NCBI GenBank assembly: GCA_963756315.1
Contig: CAVWNI010000001.1
Location: 48,801-112,800, forward strand
Direction: 5' to 3'
Length of the DNA stretch: 64,000 nucleotides
Source: an uncultured Acidobacteriota bacterium
GTDB lineage: Bacteria > Acidobacteriota > Terriglobia > Terriglobales > Acidobacteriaceae
In this document: positions 63,965 to 64,000 of the stretch, one piece after another
Layout: each line of letters opens with the position of its first letter
Numbering within the stretch: the first letter of the stretch is position 1
Notes under the pieces: generated by a model
The model's input: only the letters and a program-made list of their open reading frames with translations
Database searches by the model: none
Told to the model about the DNA's origin: nothing
Made by a program: the position numbers and the translations under genes

Positions 63965-64000
63965 ACGATGCACGGATGCGAGAGGAATCCATGAGGCTGT

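Noticed and set aside
1-64000. Search for mobile elements, CRISPR arrays, toxin-antitoxin pairs, restriction-modification systems, or retron/CBASS/Gabija-type defence genes.
   Set aside because: No repeat-spacer periodicity was seen. None of the translated ORFs contains transposase/integrase, reverse-transcriptase, nuclease-helicase or methyltransferase motifs. The accessory content here is transporters, regulators and CAZymes.

Overview
High-GC bacterial chromosomal segment with no rRNA, tRNA, CRISPR array, transposase or integrase that I could recognise by eye. It is probably from an Acidobacteriota (Terriglobia-like) genome. This is an inference from nine paralogous duplicated FtsX/MacB-type permeases of the acidobacterial 'duplicated orphan permease' (ADOP) kind, three of them paired with PadR regulators. 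Layout: (1) 1-15.7 kb is a glycan-catabolism locus: ROK kinase fragment, MFS sugar transporter, mutarotase-like protein, secreted GH38 alpha-mannosidase, GH63/trehalase-like hydrolase, lipoprotein, GH89 alpha-N-acetylglucosaminidase, DUF4965/glutaminase-A-like protein and a LarA-like (nickel-pincer racemase/epimerase family) protein. (2) 15.8-19.8 kb holds a HugZ-like protein and PadR-ADOP pair 1. (3) 20.0-26.1 kb is gltBD (glutamate synthase). (4) 26.5-49.2 kb is a 12-gene cluster, all on the minus strand. In transcription order it encodes a HlyD-type adaptor, ABC ATPase 1, six tandem ADOP permeases, ABC ATPase 2, a TolC-like duct, a sigma-54 (NtrC-type) response regulator and a loop-less histidine kinase. 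This is my best candidate for an uncharacterised system. (5) 49.4-55.7 kb holds two more PadR-ADOP pairs, arranged convergently. (6) 55.8-60.0 kb is an Mrp/Mbh-type cation/proton antiporter-like operon in the order E-F-G-DUF4040-B-C-D. It has only one antiporter-like subunit, and mrpG has an apparent frameshift. (7) 60.3-64.0 kb is a cbb3-type oxidase encoded as a single CcoN-CcoO-CcoP fusion, flanked by two tiny membrane ORFs and followed by a Tat-signal DsrE-like protein. Two apparent 1-nt frame problems were found at G/C runs (the start of permease P1, and mrpG). Several candidate regulatory sites are also listed: two perfect inverted repeats upstream of PadR genes, an FNR-type box upstream of the oxidase, and a -24/-12 element upstream of the pump cluster. 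All functional calls rest on motifs I recognise in the translations. No database search was run.
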